Shown here one piece after another: positions 1 through 10,000 of a stretch of 64,000 nt of DNA. The notes beneath the pieces are model-generated. The model did no database searches and had not been told where the DNA came from. It saw only the letters and a list, made by a program, of their open reading frames with translations. The position numbers and the translations under genes are program-made. Origin of the DNA: Candidatus Nomurabacteria bacterium (GTDB lineage Bacteria; Patescibacteriota; Minisyncoccia; Phycocordibacterales; JACOZG01); contig JADLCI010000007.1 of assembly GCA_020847275.1 (NCBI GenBank), forward strand, positions 188,059 to 252,058, written 5' to 3'. Each line of letters opens with the position of its first letter. The first letter of the stretch is position 1.

Positions 1-825
1 GCCCGGACCGGGGATCGTTTGACGGGTTTTGCCCGCGCTTTGTCTGCAAGTGGTAGTAGTGGTTGGGACGGGAATATAAAACTTGATGGTATTAATTACG
101 GAGTGATGATTTCGACCGGCAACCCGAATCTTACTGGGTTTGCCTGGGGGGGCGACGTTGTTGGTTGGGTCGATTTTAGGGGGGTTTTTATTGGTCTGCC
201 AGACACACCAGATACAGGAACCTGTACTGACGGTATTCAAAATGGTAATGAGTCGGGTGTTGATATTGGTGGCCGTTGCGGCGGAGGTGGTGGTGACGGT
301 GGGGAGGACGGTGGTGGGGATGGGGAGGGTGTTCCTCCGGGCGAGCATGTGCCTCTTCCGGGCGAGCCGGGTTATATCGCACCGTCAATATCGGTTGTAT
401 CGGGACACGATCGACTGGAGATTAATACCCAACCCCTGACTTCACCAGCCATTTCTTCACCGTCTCAATTTACAGCTGTTCGTGGTAGTACTCCCGGCCT
501 AAGGGTTAAAATCAGAAACATTAGGTCATTTGGCGATAGCTCTATTGAGAAGGTCGGTGACTCGTTGCTCAGGTGTCGCCTTGACGATTCGCCGTTAACG
601 AACTACATAGATAGTGAGTTTAAGTCTTGTGATACTGCAAGCCTTACTCTAATTAATCAGTTTGACACAGATGTTTACCTGAATATCAGGGTGGAGAGTG
701 CGTCTCAGTCCATTAAGGAGCGTAGCCCATATCAAGTCTTGGTTGGTATCGATTCCTGTCTTGAGGCAACCTGTAGTGACTCCGCCTTGTTCGATTACCG
801 GGTTGGCCCAGTCAACCCTATCTAG
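1..825 (+). CDS. hypothetical Gly/Asp-rich repetitive protein; may be 5' partial because the frame is open to the window edge
   Basis: ORF 19..825 begins at a TTG and is open upstream to position 1. It contains a low-complexity GGRCGGGGGDGGEDGGGDGEG tract. No recognisable family. Confidence 0.3.
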   Translation, partial: ARTGDRLTGFARALSASGSSGWDGNIKLDGINYGVMISTGNPNLTGFAWGGDVVGWVDFRGVFIGLPDTPDTGTCTDGIQNGNESGVDIGGRCGGGGGDGGEDGGGDGEGVPPGEHVPLPGEPGYIAPSISVVSGHDRLEINTQPLTSPAISSPSQFTAVRGSTPGLRVKIRNIRSFGDSSIEKVGDSLLRCRLDDSPLTNYIDSEFKSCDTASLTLINQFDTDVYLNIRVESASQSIKERSPYQVLVGIDSCLEATCSDSALFDYRVGPVNPI

Positions 826-865
826 GCTTGTCAGATGTGGGCGTTTTTGTTAGACTATCACCACC

Positions 866-1561
866 ATGATTAAAGAGCTTTTTGCTGTCGGTGCCCATTT
901 TGGCTACTCTAAGTCGCGGAGCCACCCTTCGATGAGGAGCTTTATCTATGGTTTTAAGAATCAACAAGCAGTGATTGATTTAGAGCAAACCGTTGGTCAA
1001 CTAGAGCGTGCTAGCGCATTTATCCGTGGTCTTGCTATGGAAGGAAAGGAGATTCTTCTGGTGGGGAACAAGATTGAGGCAATGAACATTGTTCGTCAGG
1101 CCGCAGAGAGTTTGGACGTTCCTTACGTCGCTTCGCGCTGGCTTGGTGGAACTTTCACCAACTGGCCCCAGATTAAGTCTCGTATCGATCGAATGCATGA
1201 GCTCAAAGATAAACGCGATAAGGGTGAATTGTCAGTTTATACCAAAAAGGAGCAGCTCTTGTTCAGTAGAGAGATTTCTCGGCTAGAGAGGTATCTCTTG
1301 AGCCTGTCTAATATGACCAAATTGCCAGCCGCAGTTGTGGTTATTGATCCGATGCAAGAGGCGATTGTGGTTTCGGAGGCGGGTAAGGTTAAGGTGCCGG
1401 TTGTTGCACTGGCGGGTTCCGATTGTAACCTGGCGGGAGTAAATTATCCGGTTGTGGCCAACGACTCAAATGTAAAGAGTATTCAATTTTTCGTTGATAA
1501 GATGGTGGAAGCATATCGGGCTGGCCAGTCTGATGCTCGAGAGGCAAAAGTGACGGCTTAG
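866..1561 (+). CDS. rpsB: 30S ribosomal protein S2
   Basis: N-terminus MIKELFAVGAHFGY...NQQAVIDLEQTV matches the S2 signature. Followed by tsf, as in the canonical rpsB-tsf operon. Confidence 0.9.
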   Translation: MIKELFAVGAHFGYSKSRSHPSMRSFIYGFKNQQAVIDLEQTVGQLERASAFIRGLAMEGKEILLVGNKIEAMNIVRQAAESLDVPYVASRWLGGTFTNWPQIKSRIDRMHELKDKRDKGELSVYTKKEQLLFSREISRLERYLLSLSNMTKLPAAVVVIDPMQEAIVVSEAGKVKVPVVALAGSDCNLAGVNYPVVANDSNVKSIQFFVDKMVEAYRAGQSDAREAKVTA

Positions 1562-1581
1562 ATTTTTTAAATTTCAAAAAT

Positions 1582-2037
1582 ATGGTAACGGTTGAACAAA
1601 TAAAAAGTTTGCGAGAGGAAACCGGCATATCAATCGCCGAATGTAAGAAGGCCCTGGAATCTGCTAATGGGGATATGGATGTGGCTCGGGTGGCACTCGG
1701 TGCCGCAAGTGTAAAGAATGCCGCGAAAAAGGCTGGCCGAACTCTAGGTGCTGGGGTGATTGGGGAATATGTTCACACGGGAAGAACAATGGCCGCTCTT
1801 GTGGAGCTCGACTGTGAGACTGACTTCGTCGCGAGAAATGAAGAGTTTATCCGGCTGGCCTCTGAGTTGGCGATGCAGGTTGCCGCCCTTGAGCCGGCGG
1901 ATACCACCGCTTTACTTGAACAGCCGTTTATCAAGGATTCCAGTCTTACGGTGGCAATGGTTATTAAAAACACGGTGCAGAAATTTGGGGAACGGGTGGA
2001 GGTGTCACGGTTTGTTCGCATGTCGGTGGGACAATAA
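1582..2037 (+). CDS. tsf: elongation factor Ts (short form)
   Basis: MVTVEQIKSLREETGISIAECKKALE... is a typical EF-Ts UBA-like N-terminus. Located directly after rpsB. Confidence 0.85.
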   Translation: MVTVEQIKSLREETGISIAECKKALESANGDMDVARVALGAASVKNAAKKAGRTLGAGVIGEYVHTGRTMAALVELDCETDFVARNEEFIRLASELAMQVAALEPADTTALLEQPFIKDSSLTVAMVIKNTVQKFGERVEVSRFVRMSVGQ

Positions 2038-2040
2038 ACA

Positions 2041-2418
2041 ATGCTTACTCTTTTCATCGGGCCAGTCATCGTGATCGCTGTTTCGGCGCTAGGCATCTCG
2101 GCGCTTCTCGGCTTTCAACTCGGCAGGCTAGAACAAAGGAGTGAGTTGGAGGCGGAGAATTACCCAGCCCTATTACATATTCTCCAAGACAAAATCAATC
2201 GTTTCTACCACGGTTTCAGTTCTTTTTTCAAACAGCTTGGCCACTACCTCTATTTTTACTCACTTCTCGTCTTGCGTCGGCTCGTTATTTGGGTCAGAAT
2301 AATTCTGACTCTCATCGAGAAGCGCTTTTCTCATCTTATTGAGTCGGTGAGAGGAAAGGGGGTGGTAGGCAAGCGTGGTGCAGTTTCACTTTTTCTTGCT
2401 GATATTGCCAAGAAATAG
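2041..2418 (+). CDS. hypothetical small membrane protein
   Basis: 125-aa ORF with hydrophobic N-terminal helices. No family recognised. Confidence 0.35.
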   Translation: MLTLFIGPVIVIAVSALGISALLGFQLGRLEQRSELEAENYPALLHILQDKINRFYHGFSSFFKQLGHYLYFYSLLVLRRLVIWVRIILTLIEKRFSHLIESVRGKGVVGKRGAVSLFLADIAKK

Positions 2419-2494
2419 GCCGGTGTAGCTCAGTTGGTAGAGCAACGGTTTTGTAAACCGTAGGTCGTCAGTTCAAGCCTGACCACCGGCTCCA
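2419..2494 (+). tRNA. tRNA-Thr (anticodon UGU)
   Basis: Cloverleaf read by eye. Acceptor stem gccggtg/caccggc. D-arm agctcagttggtagagc. Anticodon stem acggt/accgt with loop tttgtaa, giving anticodon TGT. T-arm ggtcgtcagttcaagcctgacc. Discriminator T followed by encoded CCA. Confidence 0.8.
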
Positions 2495-2511
2495 GTTTTG
2501 TAAGGTTCTTG

Positions 2512-3642
2512 TTACCTAATCTCTGCGTTGAACTGGTTTTTTGTTTCGGTAGTGATTTTGTCTTGGATGGGGTCAATTTCGTCTGTGGTGAGCGTGCGTT
2601 CATTCGAGCGGTAAACGATACGATAGGTGTAGCTTATTTTTCCCGGTCCAAATTTTTGTTCGTTTTCAAACCGATCTATCAGCGTCACTTCCTCGACTAG
2701 CTCGCCGCCGAGATCACGGATAAGGTCAAAGTAATTGTTTGGAGCGAAGGTAGATGGAACGATAAAGGAGATGTCTCGGACAATAGGTGGATATTTAGAA
2801 ACATCGCGGTATTTTTGCTCCAGTCTCAACTGCTTCTTCACCCGTTCGTCTTTGCTCCAAAGCAGGCGAATATCTGGCAATTCCATGTTTGCGATGGCGA
2901 GTCTTTCCAGTCCGAAGCCGAAGGCCCAACCGTGATAACCGGTTATGCCGAAGTTCTCTAGGACACTTTTTCGTGGCATTCCGGAACCAAGTATCTCAAT
3001 CCATTGATTATTAACGAAAGCCTCCATCTCAAAGCTGGGGTCGGTGTAGGGGAAATTATGGTCATAAAAACGGAATTCAACCTTCTCGCCGAAAATGCTT
3101 TTAGCGATCTCGGATAAAACTTTTTTCAGGTCTTCTGGCGTGATTTTTTCCTTACCATCAGGAGCGAGATAAAGCCCACCCATCTGATGGAAGACGTTCA
3201 TGTGTCGTTTGTCAATTTCATCTTTTCTGTATACTTTACCGTGGCAAATTGCACCGACGGCTTCTTTTTTTGCAATCCGGTTTTTAATTTCTGGAGTATT
3301 TAGATAGTAATACCAAAAGACAGTGTCGTGTGTTCTCAGGACATTTTTTTCATCCACATAATAAGTGTCAGATTTGGATCGGGCTGGGTGGCCGACTGGC
3401 ATGTTGAAAAGATCGAACAAAATATCAACCGGAATTATTTCAGGAATTTGGATGATATCAAAATCGGCCAAACTCGGTACCCGAAGAGTTCTGTCTACGA
3501 TTTCTTTCAGCGGGTTATTGTCTTGACGTGATAAGTCTGGCATTGCCAAGAAACGTTGCATCCGTTTGGCGTCGGCGTCACCACGTTCAGCAAGCTTTTT
3601 TCGTAACCCATTTTCCTCTGTCAAGTCGATCTTAATTTCCAT
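2512..3642 (-). CDS. pheS: phenylalanine--tRNA ligase, monomeric (mitochondrial-like) form: PheS catalytic core plus C-terminal FDX-ACB anticodon-binding domain
   Basis: Class II motifs GHPARSKSDTYY and GWAFGFGLERLAI match the PheS alpha subunit. The C-terminal ~100 aa (YPPIVRDISFIVP...VEEVTLIDRF...KISYTYRIVYRS...TLTTDEI) match the FDX-ACB domain normally found on PheT. No pheT is present in the window. Confidence 0.8.
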   Translation of the reverse strand: MEIKIDLTEENGLRKKLAERGDADAKRMQRFLAMPDLSRQDNNPLKEIVDRTLRVPSLADFDIIQIPEIIPVDILFDLFNMPVGHPARSKSDTYYVDEKNVLRTHDTVFWYYYLNTPEIKNRIAKKEAVGAICHGKVYRKDEIDKRHMNVFHQMGGLYLAPDGKEKITPEDLKKVLSEIAKSIFGEKVEFRFYDHNFPYTDPSFEMEAFVNNQWIEILGSGMPRKSVLENFGITGYHGWAFGFGLERLAIANMELPDIRLLWSKDERVKKQLRLEQKYRDVSKYPPIVRDISFIVPSTFAPNNYFDLIRDLGGELVEEVTLIDRFENEQKFGPGKISYTYRIVYRSNERTLTTDEIDPIQDKITTETKNQFNAEIR

Positions 3643-3716
3643 AAAATAATCTTAGTTTGGAACATTGTAGCACAACCCAATATATGCTAAAATTGGAGTA
3701 AAGAACAGGTTAAAAA

Positions 3717-5750
3717 ATGGTAAAAAAAGAAGCTAAAACACGTCATTACGACGCCGATGATATTGTTGTTCTGGAGGGTCTAGAGCCAGTGCGTAAGCGG
3801 CCTGGAATGTACATTGGCTCAACTGGTCCAGAGGGGTTACATCATCTATTGGTGGAGATATTTGATAACTCTCGGGATGAGGCAATGAATGGTTCATGCA
3901 ATGAGATTGAGGTCGCTCTTTTACCGGGCGATGTTGTTCGGGTTGCTGATAATGGGGCGGGTATTCCCGTTGCGATTCATCAGAAGACTAAGGTTTCAGC
4001 TCTTGAGACGGTCATGACAACACTTCACGCTGGCGGCAAATTTGAAGGTGAGGGATACAAAATTTCTGGAGGTCTGCATGGTGTGGGGGCTTCGGTGGTG
4101 AATGCGTTGTCGGAATGGACGCGAGTGGAGGTTTATCGTGATGGGGGAAAGCATTTCCAAGAATATTCACGGGGTAAACGTAAGGCCGCGGTAAAGAAGG
4201 TCGCTCGTTCGGACGAGCATGGTACGGTTGTGGCCTTCAAGCCCGATGCTCAAATTTTTTCCCACCTCGTATATGATTGGGAAAAGGTGGTGAATCATCT
4301 CCGCGGGCAAGCCTATCTGGTGAAGGGTCTTCGGGTGCGGACTATTGACGCGAGGGGCTATAAAGGCAAGATCGAAGACGATCAGGTTCTGTATCTCAGC
4401 CAACTAGGGTTGGAGTTGCCTACGCGGACTTTTTACTTCGAAGGAGGGTTGTTATCTCTGGTGAAATTTTATAATCAAACTGAGGCACCACTCCATAAGA
4501 ATATTTTTTACGTCGAGAGAGAAAAAGATGATGTGAATGTAGAGGTTGCCTTCCAGTACGTTGACGATATTACGGCACGAGAGATTAGCTATACCAACAA
4601 CACCGTTACACCGGAAGGCGGTACCCACTTAACCGGTTTTCGCACGGCATTGACTAGGACGCTTAATGATTACGGCAGAAAAAATAATTTAATTAAAGAA
4701 AAAGACGATAATTTTACCGGCGAAGACGTGCGAGAGGGCCTTACTGCCGTGGTTTCGGTTAAGTTGCGTAATCCACAGTTTGAAGGGCAAACTAAGGCAA
4801 AGCTCGGTAATGTCGAGGTGCGCGGAGCGGTGGAAAGTGTTTTCGGTGAAGCCATGCAGCTTTTCTTGGAGGAAAATCCAGATGATGCTCGTAGCATCAT
4901 TGGTAAGGTCACTTTGGCCCTTAGGGCGCGTAAGGCCGCCAAAGCGGCTAAGGATAGTATTCTCCGAAAAGGGGCGCTTGAGGGTATGACCCTGCCTGGT
5001 AAGCTTGCTGATTGTCAGACTAAGGATGCCGAAGAAGCAGAGCTCTTTATCGTAGAGGGTGATTCGGCTGGTGGTTCTGGTAAACAGGGACGCGATCGAC
5101 GTACTCAGGCGATTCTGCCCCTGAAAGGTAAAATTCTTAATGTTGAAAGAGCAAGGTTAGATAAAATGCTCGCCTTCGCTGAGATTAAGTCGCTAATTAT
5201 AGCGATGGGAACATCTATCGGTGATACCTTTGATGTTGGAAAATTGCGTTACCACAAGATCATCATTGCCACCGATGCGGACGTTGATGGTGCTCACATT
5301 CGTACTCTCTTGCTCACTTTGTTCTACCGTTATTTCCGACCATTGATCGAACAGGGCTTCATCTATATTGCTCAACCGCCACTTTATAAGATTAAACAAG
5401 GGAAGGAGATTCAGTACGCTTACTCTGATGAGGAGAAGTTAAGGGTGGTGAAGAATTTTGGCGGGGACGTGGCAAACGGGGAGGAGGAGCTCGCGGAGGA
5501 TAACGAGGAAGAAGGGAGCAAGATCAAGACGAAGAAAATTTCAATTCAGCGTTATAAAGGTTTGGGAGAGATGAACCCGGAAGAATTGTGGGAGACAACA
5601 ATGGACCCGACAAAACGGATTTTGAAACAGGTCAATATTCACGAAGCTTCAGAGGCTGACAAAATTTTTACTATCCTGATGGGTGGCGAAGTGGAGCCAC
5701 GAAAACTGTTTATCCAAACACACGCGAAGATGGCTAATTTGGATGTTTAA
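3717..5750 (+). CDS. gyrB: DNA gyrase subunit B (type IIA topoisomerase B subunit; GyrB/ParE)
   Basis: N-terminal GHKL ATPase (LEGLEPVRKRPGMYIGSTG, GLHHLLVEIFDNSRDE). Toprim motif EGDSAGGSGKQGRDRRTQAILPLKGK. 677 aa. Confidence 0.85.
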   Translation: MVKKEAKTRHYDADDIVVLEGLEPVRKRPGMYIGSTGPEGLHHLLVEIFDNSRDEAMNGSCNEIEVALLPGDVVRVADNGAGIPVAIHQKTKVSALETVMTTLHAGGKFEGEGYKISGGLHGVGASVVNALSEWTRVEVYRDGGKHFQEYSRGKRKAAVKKVARSDEHGTVVAFKPDAQIFSHLVYDWEKVVNHLRGQAYLVKGLRVRTIDARGYKGKIEDDQVLYLSQLGLELPTRTFYFEGGLLSLVKFYNQTEAPLHKNIFYVEREKDDVNVEVAFQYVDDITAREISYTNNTVTPEGGTHLTGFRTALTRTLNDYGRKNNLIKEKDDNFTGEDVREGLTAVVSVKLRNPQFEGQTKAKLGNVEVRGAVESVFGEAMQLFLEENPDDARSIIGKVTLALRARKAAKAAKDSILRKGALEGMTLPGKLADCQTKDAEEAELFIVEGDSAGGSGKQGRDRRTQAILPLKGKILNVERARLDKMLAFAEIKSLIIAMGTSIGDTFDVGKLRYHKIIIATDADVDGAHIRTLLLTLFYRYFRPLIEQGFIYIAQPPLYKIKQGKEIQYAYSDEEKLRVVKNFGGDVANGEEELAEDNEEEGSKIKTKKISIQRYKGLGEMNPEELWETTMDPTKRILKQVNIHEASEADKIFTILMGGEVEPRKLFIQTHAKMANLDV

Positions 5751-6979
5751 ATTGGGGATAACTTATTAAGTTTGCCGCTAAGTTCTTCGACACTAATTCC
5801 TTCCCACTTGCTTTTTCCGTCTTCTTCGTCTCGTAATTCGACCGTCAGTTTCTGGTCTCTCATCTCTTGATCACCAATCACAATTAGATAGGGAATTTTT
5901 TGGCTCTTCTGATTCCTGATTTTCTTACCCAAGCTTTCGTTGCTCAAATCCAATTCAACGCGGACCTTGTTTTGCTGTAGTTCAGAGAAGATTTTTTTTG
6001 CGTAATCGTGGTGCGCTTCGCCAATGGGCAAGATGACGGCCTGTATCGGGGCGAGCCACACCGGGAAAGCCCCGGCATGTTTCTCAATTAGAAAAGCGAT
6101 TGTCCGTTCGATAGAGCCGATAGAGGAACGGTGAACTACAAAACAGGAATGTTCTTTGCCGTCTTCGCCGGTATATTTAAGGTCAAATCGTGATGGCATG
6201 CAGAGATCATACTGAACCGTGAAGGCGGTGTCTTCTTTTCCGTTTACATTTTTCATTTGAACGTCAATTTTTGGACCATAGAAAGCCGCCTCGTCTTTTG
6301 CCTCAGAGAACTCGACACCACGATTCTGCATCAGTTTGCGCAGGAGATTCTCCGACTTATCCCAGCCGGCATCATCTTGATGATATTTCTCCGTGTTGTT
6401 TCGATCACCAAGCGAGAGGCGATAATTGTAGTCTCTACCCATTTCCAGTCCAAGCATTCTGTTGGCGTATTCGATCAAATCAAGGGCCCTACCCATTTCT
6501 AGTACAGCCTGTTCTTCAGAAGCACAAATTATGTGAGCGTCAGATAGACAGAAGGCGCGAACACGCTGCAGGCCCATTAGTTCGCCCGATTGCTCGTAAC
6601 GATACAGTTTAGAGATCTCGGCAATTCTCATTGGTAGTTCACGATAGCTATGTGGTTGCGACAGGTAAAGTTGAAAGTGATGTGGACAGGTCATTGGCCG
6701 GAGCATAAACTCGTCATCATCAATCACAATTGGGGCGTACATGTCATTCTTGTAATGAGGGTAGTGGCCAGACTTCTTGTAAAGTTCTAGTCGCGCGATG
6801 TCCGGTGTCTCGACATGAAGGTAACCGCGTTTGATTTCCTCGGCAATAATGAATTGTTCTAAAAGGCGTTTGACCGTTGCGCCCCTGGGTAGGAAAATAG
6901 GTAAACCTTTTCCGACGACTGGGTCGATATAAAATAGGCCCAGCTGTGGCCCGATCTTCTTATGATCTCGTTCTTCCAT
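5747..6979 (-). CDS. thrS: threonine--tRNA ligase, catalytic core plus anticodon-binding domain only; lacks the N-terminal TGS and editing domains
   Basis: Begins at the RDHKKIGPQLGLF motif that opens the ThrRS class II core. LRPMTCPHH resembles ThrRS RPMNCPGH. C-terminal anticodon-binding domain present. 410 aa. Confidence 0.8.
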   Translation of the reverse strand: MEERDHKKIGPQLGLFYIDPVVGKGLPIFLPRGATVKRLLEQFIIAEEIKRGYLHVETPDIARLELYKKSGHYPHYKNDMYAPIVIDDDEFMLRPMTCPHHFQLYLSQPHSYRELPMRIAEISKLYRYEQSGELMGLQRVRAFCLSDAHIICASEEQAVLEMGRALDLIEYANRMLGLEMGRDYNYRLSLGDRNNTEKYHQDDAGWDKSENLLRKLMQNRGVEFSEAKDEAAFYGPKIDVQMKNVNGKEDTAFTVQYDLCMPSRFDLKYTGEDGKEHSCFVVHRSSIGSIERTIAFLIEKHAGAFPVWLAPIQAVILPIGEAHHDYAKKIFSELQQNKVRVELDLSNESLGKKIRNQKSQKIPYLIVIGDQEMRDQKLTVELRDEEDGKSKWEGISVEELSGKLNKLSPI

Positions 6980-7010
6980 AGTTGATTTATCCTAGCACAA
7001 AGAAGGGAAA

Positions 7011-10000
7011 CTATACCAACTCCTTCAAACTCTCGACGACGACACTTGGTTCGTTATTTCGGACGGAGAGCCGCCCTTTGATGGCGACACACCTCTCTGG
7101 ATGCAAGAGTTCTTTAAATTGCCCATAGGTTCTAGAGAAGACAACGCACTCAATACTGCCAGTATAGTCAGACAAGCGGACAAAGGCCATTTGATCGCCT
7201 TTCTTGGTATTGATACTACGAACATCTTCAATAATTCCACCGACGAAGAGGCTCGCCCCTTCTTTAAATTCCTTTGCGCGGCTGATTGTGTGTTCGTTAT
7301 TTTTGAATTTGTCGCCAAAGGCATCTAAGGGATGGCCAGAAATATAGAGTCCGAGTAATTCTTTTTCCCAAGCCAACTTACTTTTTGCATCCACATCCTG
7401 TGATTCGTTGAGTCGCAGTTGAGGGATGCTTGACTGGTCAGACATCTGACCAAACAGAGAATCTTGATTCTCATTCGTTTTAAGAGTCTCTTGGTGATAA
7501 GCGATTAGTTGCTCTAGATTAGCAAGCAATGTCGCTCGAGAATCACCTAAGCTATCTAATGCGCCCGCCTTGATCAGTGCTTCCAGTGACTTTCGATTCA
7601 AGTTTTTGTGTTTTATGCGTTCTAAGAAGTTTGCGATTGATTGATAGTTGCCATTCTGTTGACGTTCCTCCACCACGGCTTTTGCAATTTCGGTTCCTAG
7701 GTTCTTGATAGTAATTAATCCGAACCGGATCTTGTCTCCAGAATGGTTTTTCACTACTGTGAAATCGTCAAAACTTTCATTGACGTCTGGGGGCAAGACC
7801 GGTAGTTTCATTCGTCCGCACTCCTTAATTGTTTCGCCGATTGTTTCAATGTTTCCGGCTTCGGCCGAGAGCACAGCCGTCATGTATTCAGCTGGGTAGT
7901 TTGCCTTCATGTAAGCTGTTTGATAGGCCACGCGGCCGTAGCTTGCGGCGTGGGCCTTATTGAAGCCATAGGCCGCAAACGGTTCAATTAGGTGCCACAA
8001 TTCTTCCGCTTTCTTCTTACTCATTCCATTCTTTACCAGACCAGCCAACAATTTTTCCCGTTGGGCTTCCATTTCCTTAGGTATCTTCTTGCCCATAGCT
8101 TTTCGTAACTTATCAGCTTCAACCCAAGAATAACCACCAAGCTGAATTGCTACCAACATCACATCGTCTTGGTAGGTGAGAACCCCGTGAGAATGTTTCA
8201 AAATATCTTTCATCCTTGGGTCCAGATAGCGCACCAGACTGGGATTATGCTTACGCTTAATGTATTCGGGGATTGATTCCATCGGCCCTGGACGGTAGAG
8301 CGCCACCATGGCATTGATATCGAAAATGTTGGATGGCTTTAGCTCTTTCAGCCACTTCGTCATCCCCGAACCGTTCAACTGGAAGAGACCGATTGTTTCT
8401 CCTCTAGCAAGCATCTGGAAGGTTTTCTTGTCGTCCAATGCAATTTTTTCAATCTCGATTTCTTCTTTGAGAATTTGTCGTACCAACCGAACAGAATCTT
8501 CCAGGATAGAAAGATTACGGATGCCCAGGAAATCAAATTTCAGGAGGCCGGCGTCTTCCACCGCATGCATGTCATATTGGGTAATTGTCTTACCGCCCTT
8601 TGGGTCAAGTTGTAGTGGTACATAGTCAGTGAGTTCGGTGGGAGAGATTACTACGCCTGCGGCGTGAACCGAGATGTGTCTGGCGCCACCTTCAATTTTT
8701 TTTGCCAGATCTATAATCTTTTGTGTGTCCTTGTCTTTTTCGTATAGTTCTTTTAATTCTGGTGTGCTATCGAGCGCTCGGTTGATGGTCATTGGGAAAC
8801 CTTGAGAACCGAGGGGTACGAGACGGGAAATTTTGTCTCCTACGCCATAGGGGAAACCGAGGGCGCGCGCGACATCGCGGACAGAACCGCGTGCGAGCAT
8901 GGAGCCAAAGGTACCAATCTGACTTACCTTTTCTGGACCATATTTCTGTCTTACATAATCAATAATCTCATCCCGTCGTTTGTCGGCAAAGTCCATGTCA
9001 ATGTCTGGCGGTGAAGGACGTTCGGCATTTAGGAATCTTTCAAATGGTAGTTCGTAGAACAGTGGATCGACATTGGTAATACCGATGAGGAAAGAAATGA
9101 AAGATCCGGCAGCCGATCCACGAGTGTTGGTAAAGATTCCGTTCGCCCGAGCGTAGCTGATGATATCTGCAACGACGAGGAAGTATGGCGAGTAACCCTT
9201 CTTGGTTATCACGCCTAGTTCGTAATCAAAACGGGTCTTTGCTTCCGCTTCGCGCGTCACATGGTGCGCGAGATATTCCGTGAGTTTTTCTCGTCCCAGG
9301 TTTTCTAGTTCCATATCATAATTCGAGCCAGCGGGAACTGGGAAATTAGGAAAAACCCATTTTCCAAGTTCTAGTTTAAGGTCGCACATCGCGGCAATCT
9401 TCAAGGTGTTTTCTACCGCCTCGGGGGCGTCTTGAAAATATTCAAGAGCTTGGGTGGGAGAGATTAGAGAGAAATCTTCCTCCTTGTTTGTAAAACGTTT
9501 TGTTTCGTCAGAGAAGGCGCCAGTCTGGATGGCAACCAGCGTATCTTGAGCTTCAGCGTCCGTTGGCTCTAGATAATGTGTATCCTGGGTGCCAACCAGT
9601 GGAATGTTCAACTCTTTTGCCAGAGCAATTAAATCCTTTTTGATTTCTAGTTGCCGTTCAATTTTCGGATGATGCATTATCTCGATGAAATAATTTTCCG
9701 CCCCGAAGATTTCCTGATATTCGGTGGCAACTTTTTTCGCCTCCTCTTGATTTTTGTTCCACACCGCTCTAGACAATTCGCCCGCTAGACAACCAGAGAG
9801 ACAGATTAGTCCCTCGTGATGGGCACGCAGAAGTTCCTTGTCAATTCTTGGTTTATAGTAGAATCCCTCAAGATAAGCTTGCGAGACAAGTTTGAGGAGA
9901 TTTTTATAGCCAGTCAGATTTTTTGCAAGGAGTGTGAGATGAAAGCGACGCGCATCAAGGTGTGGTTCCTTGTCTGTTCTACCGCGGGTGGCGACATAGG

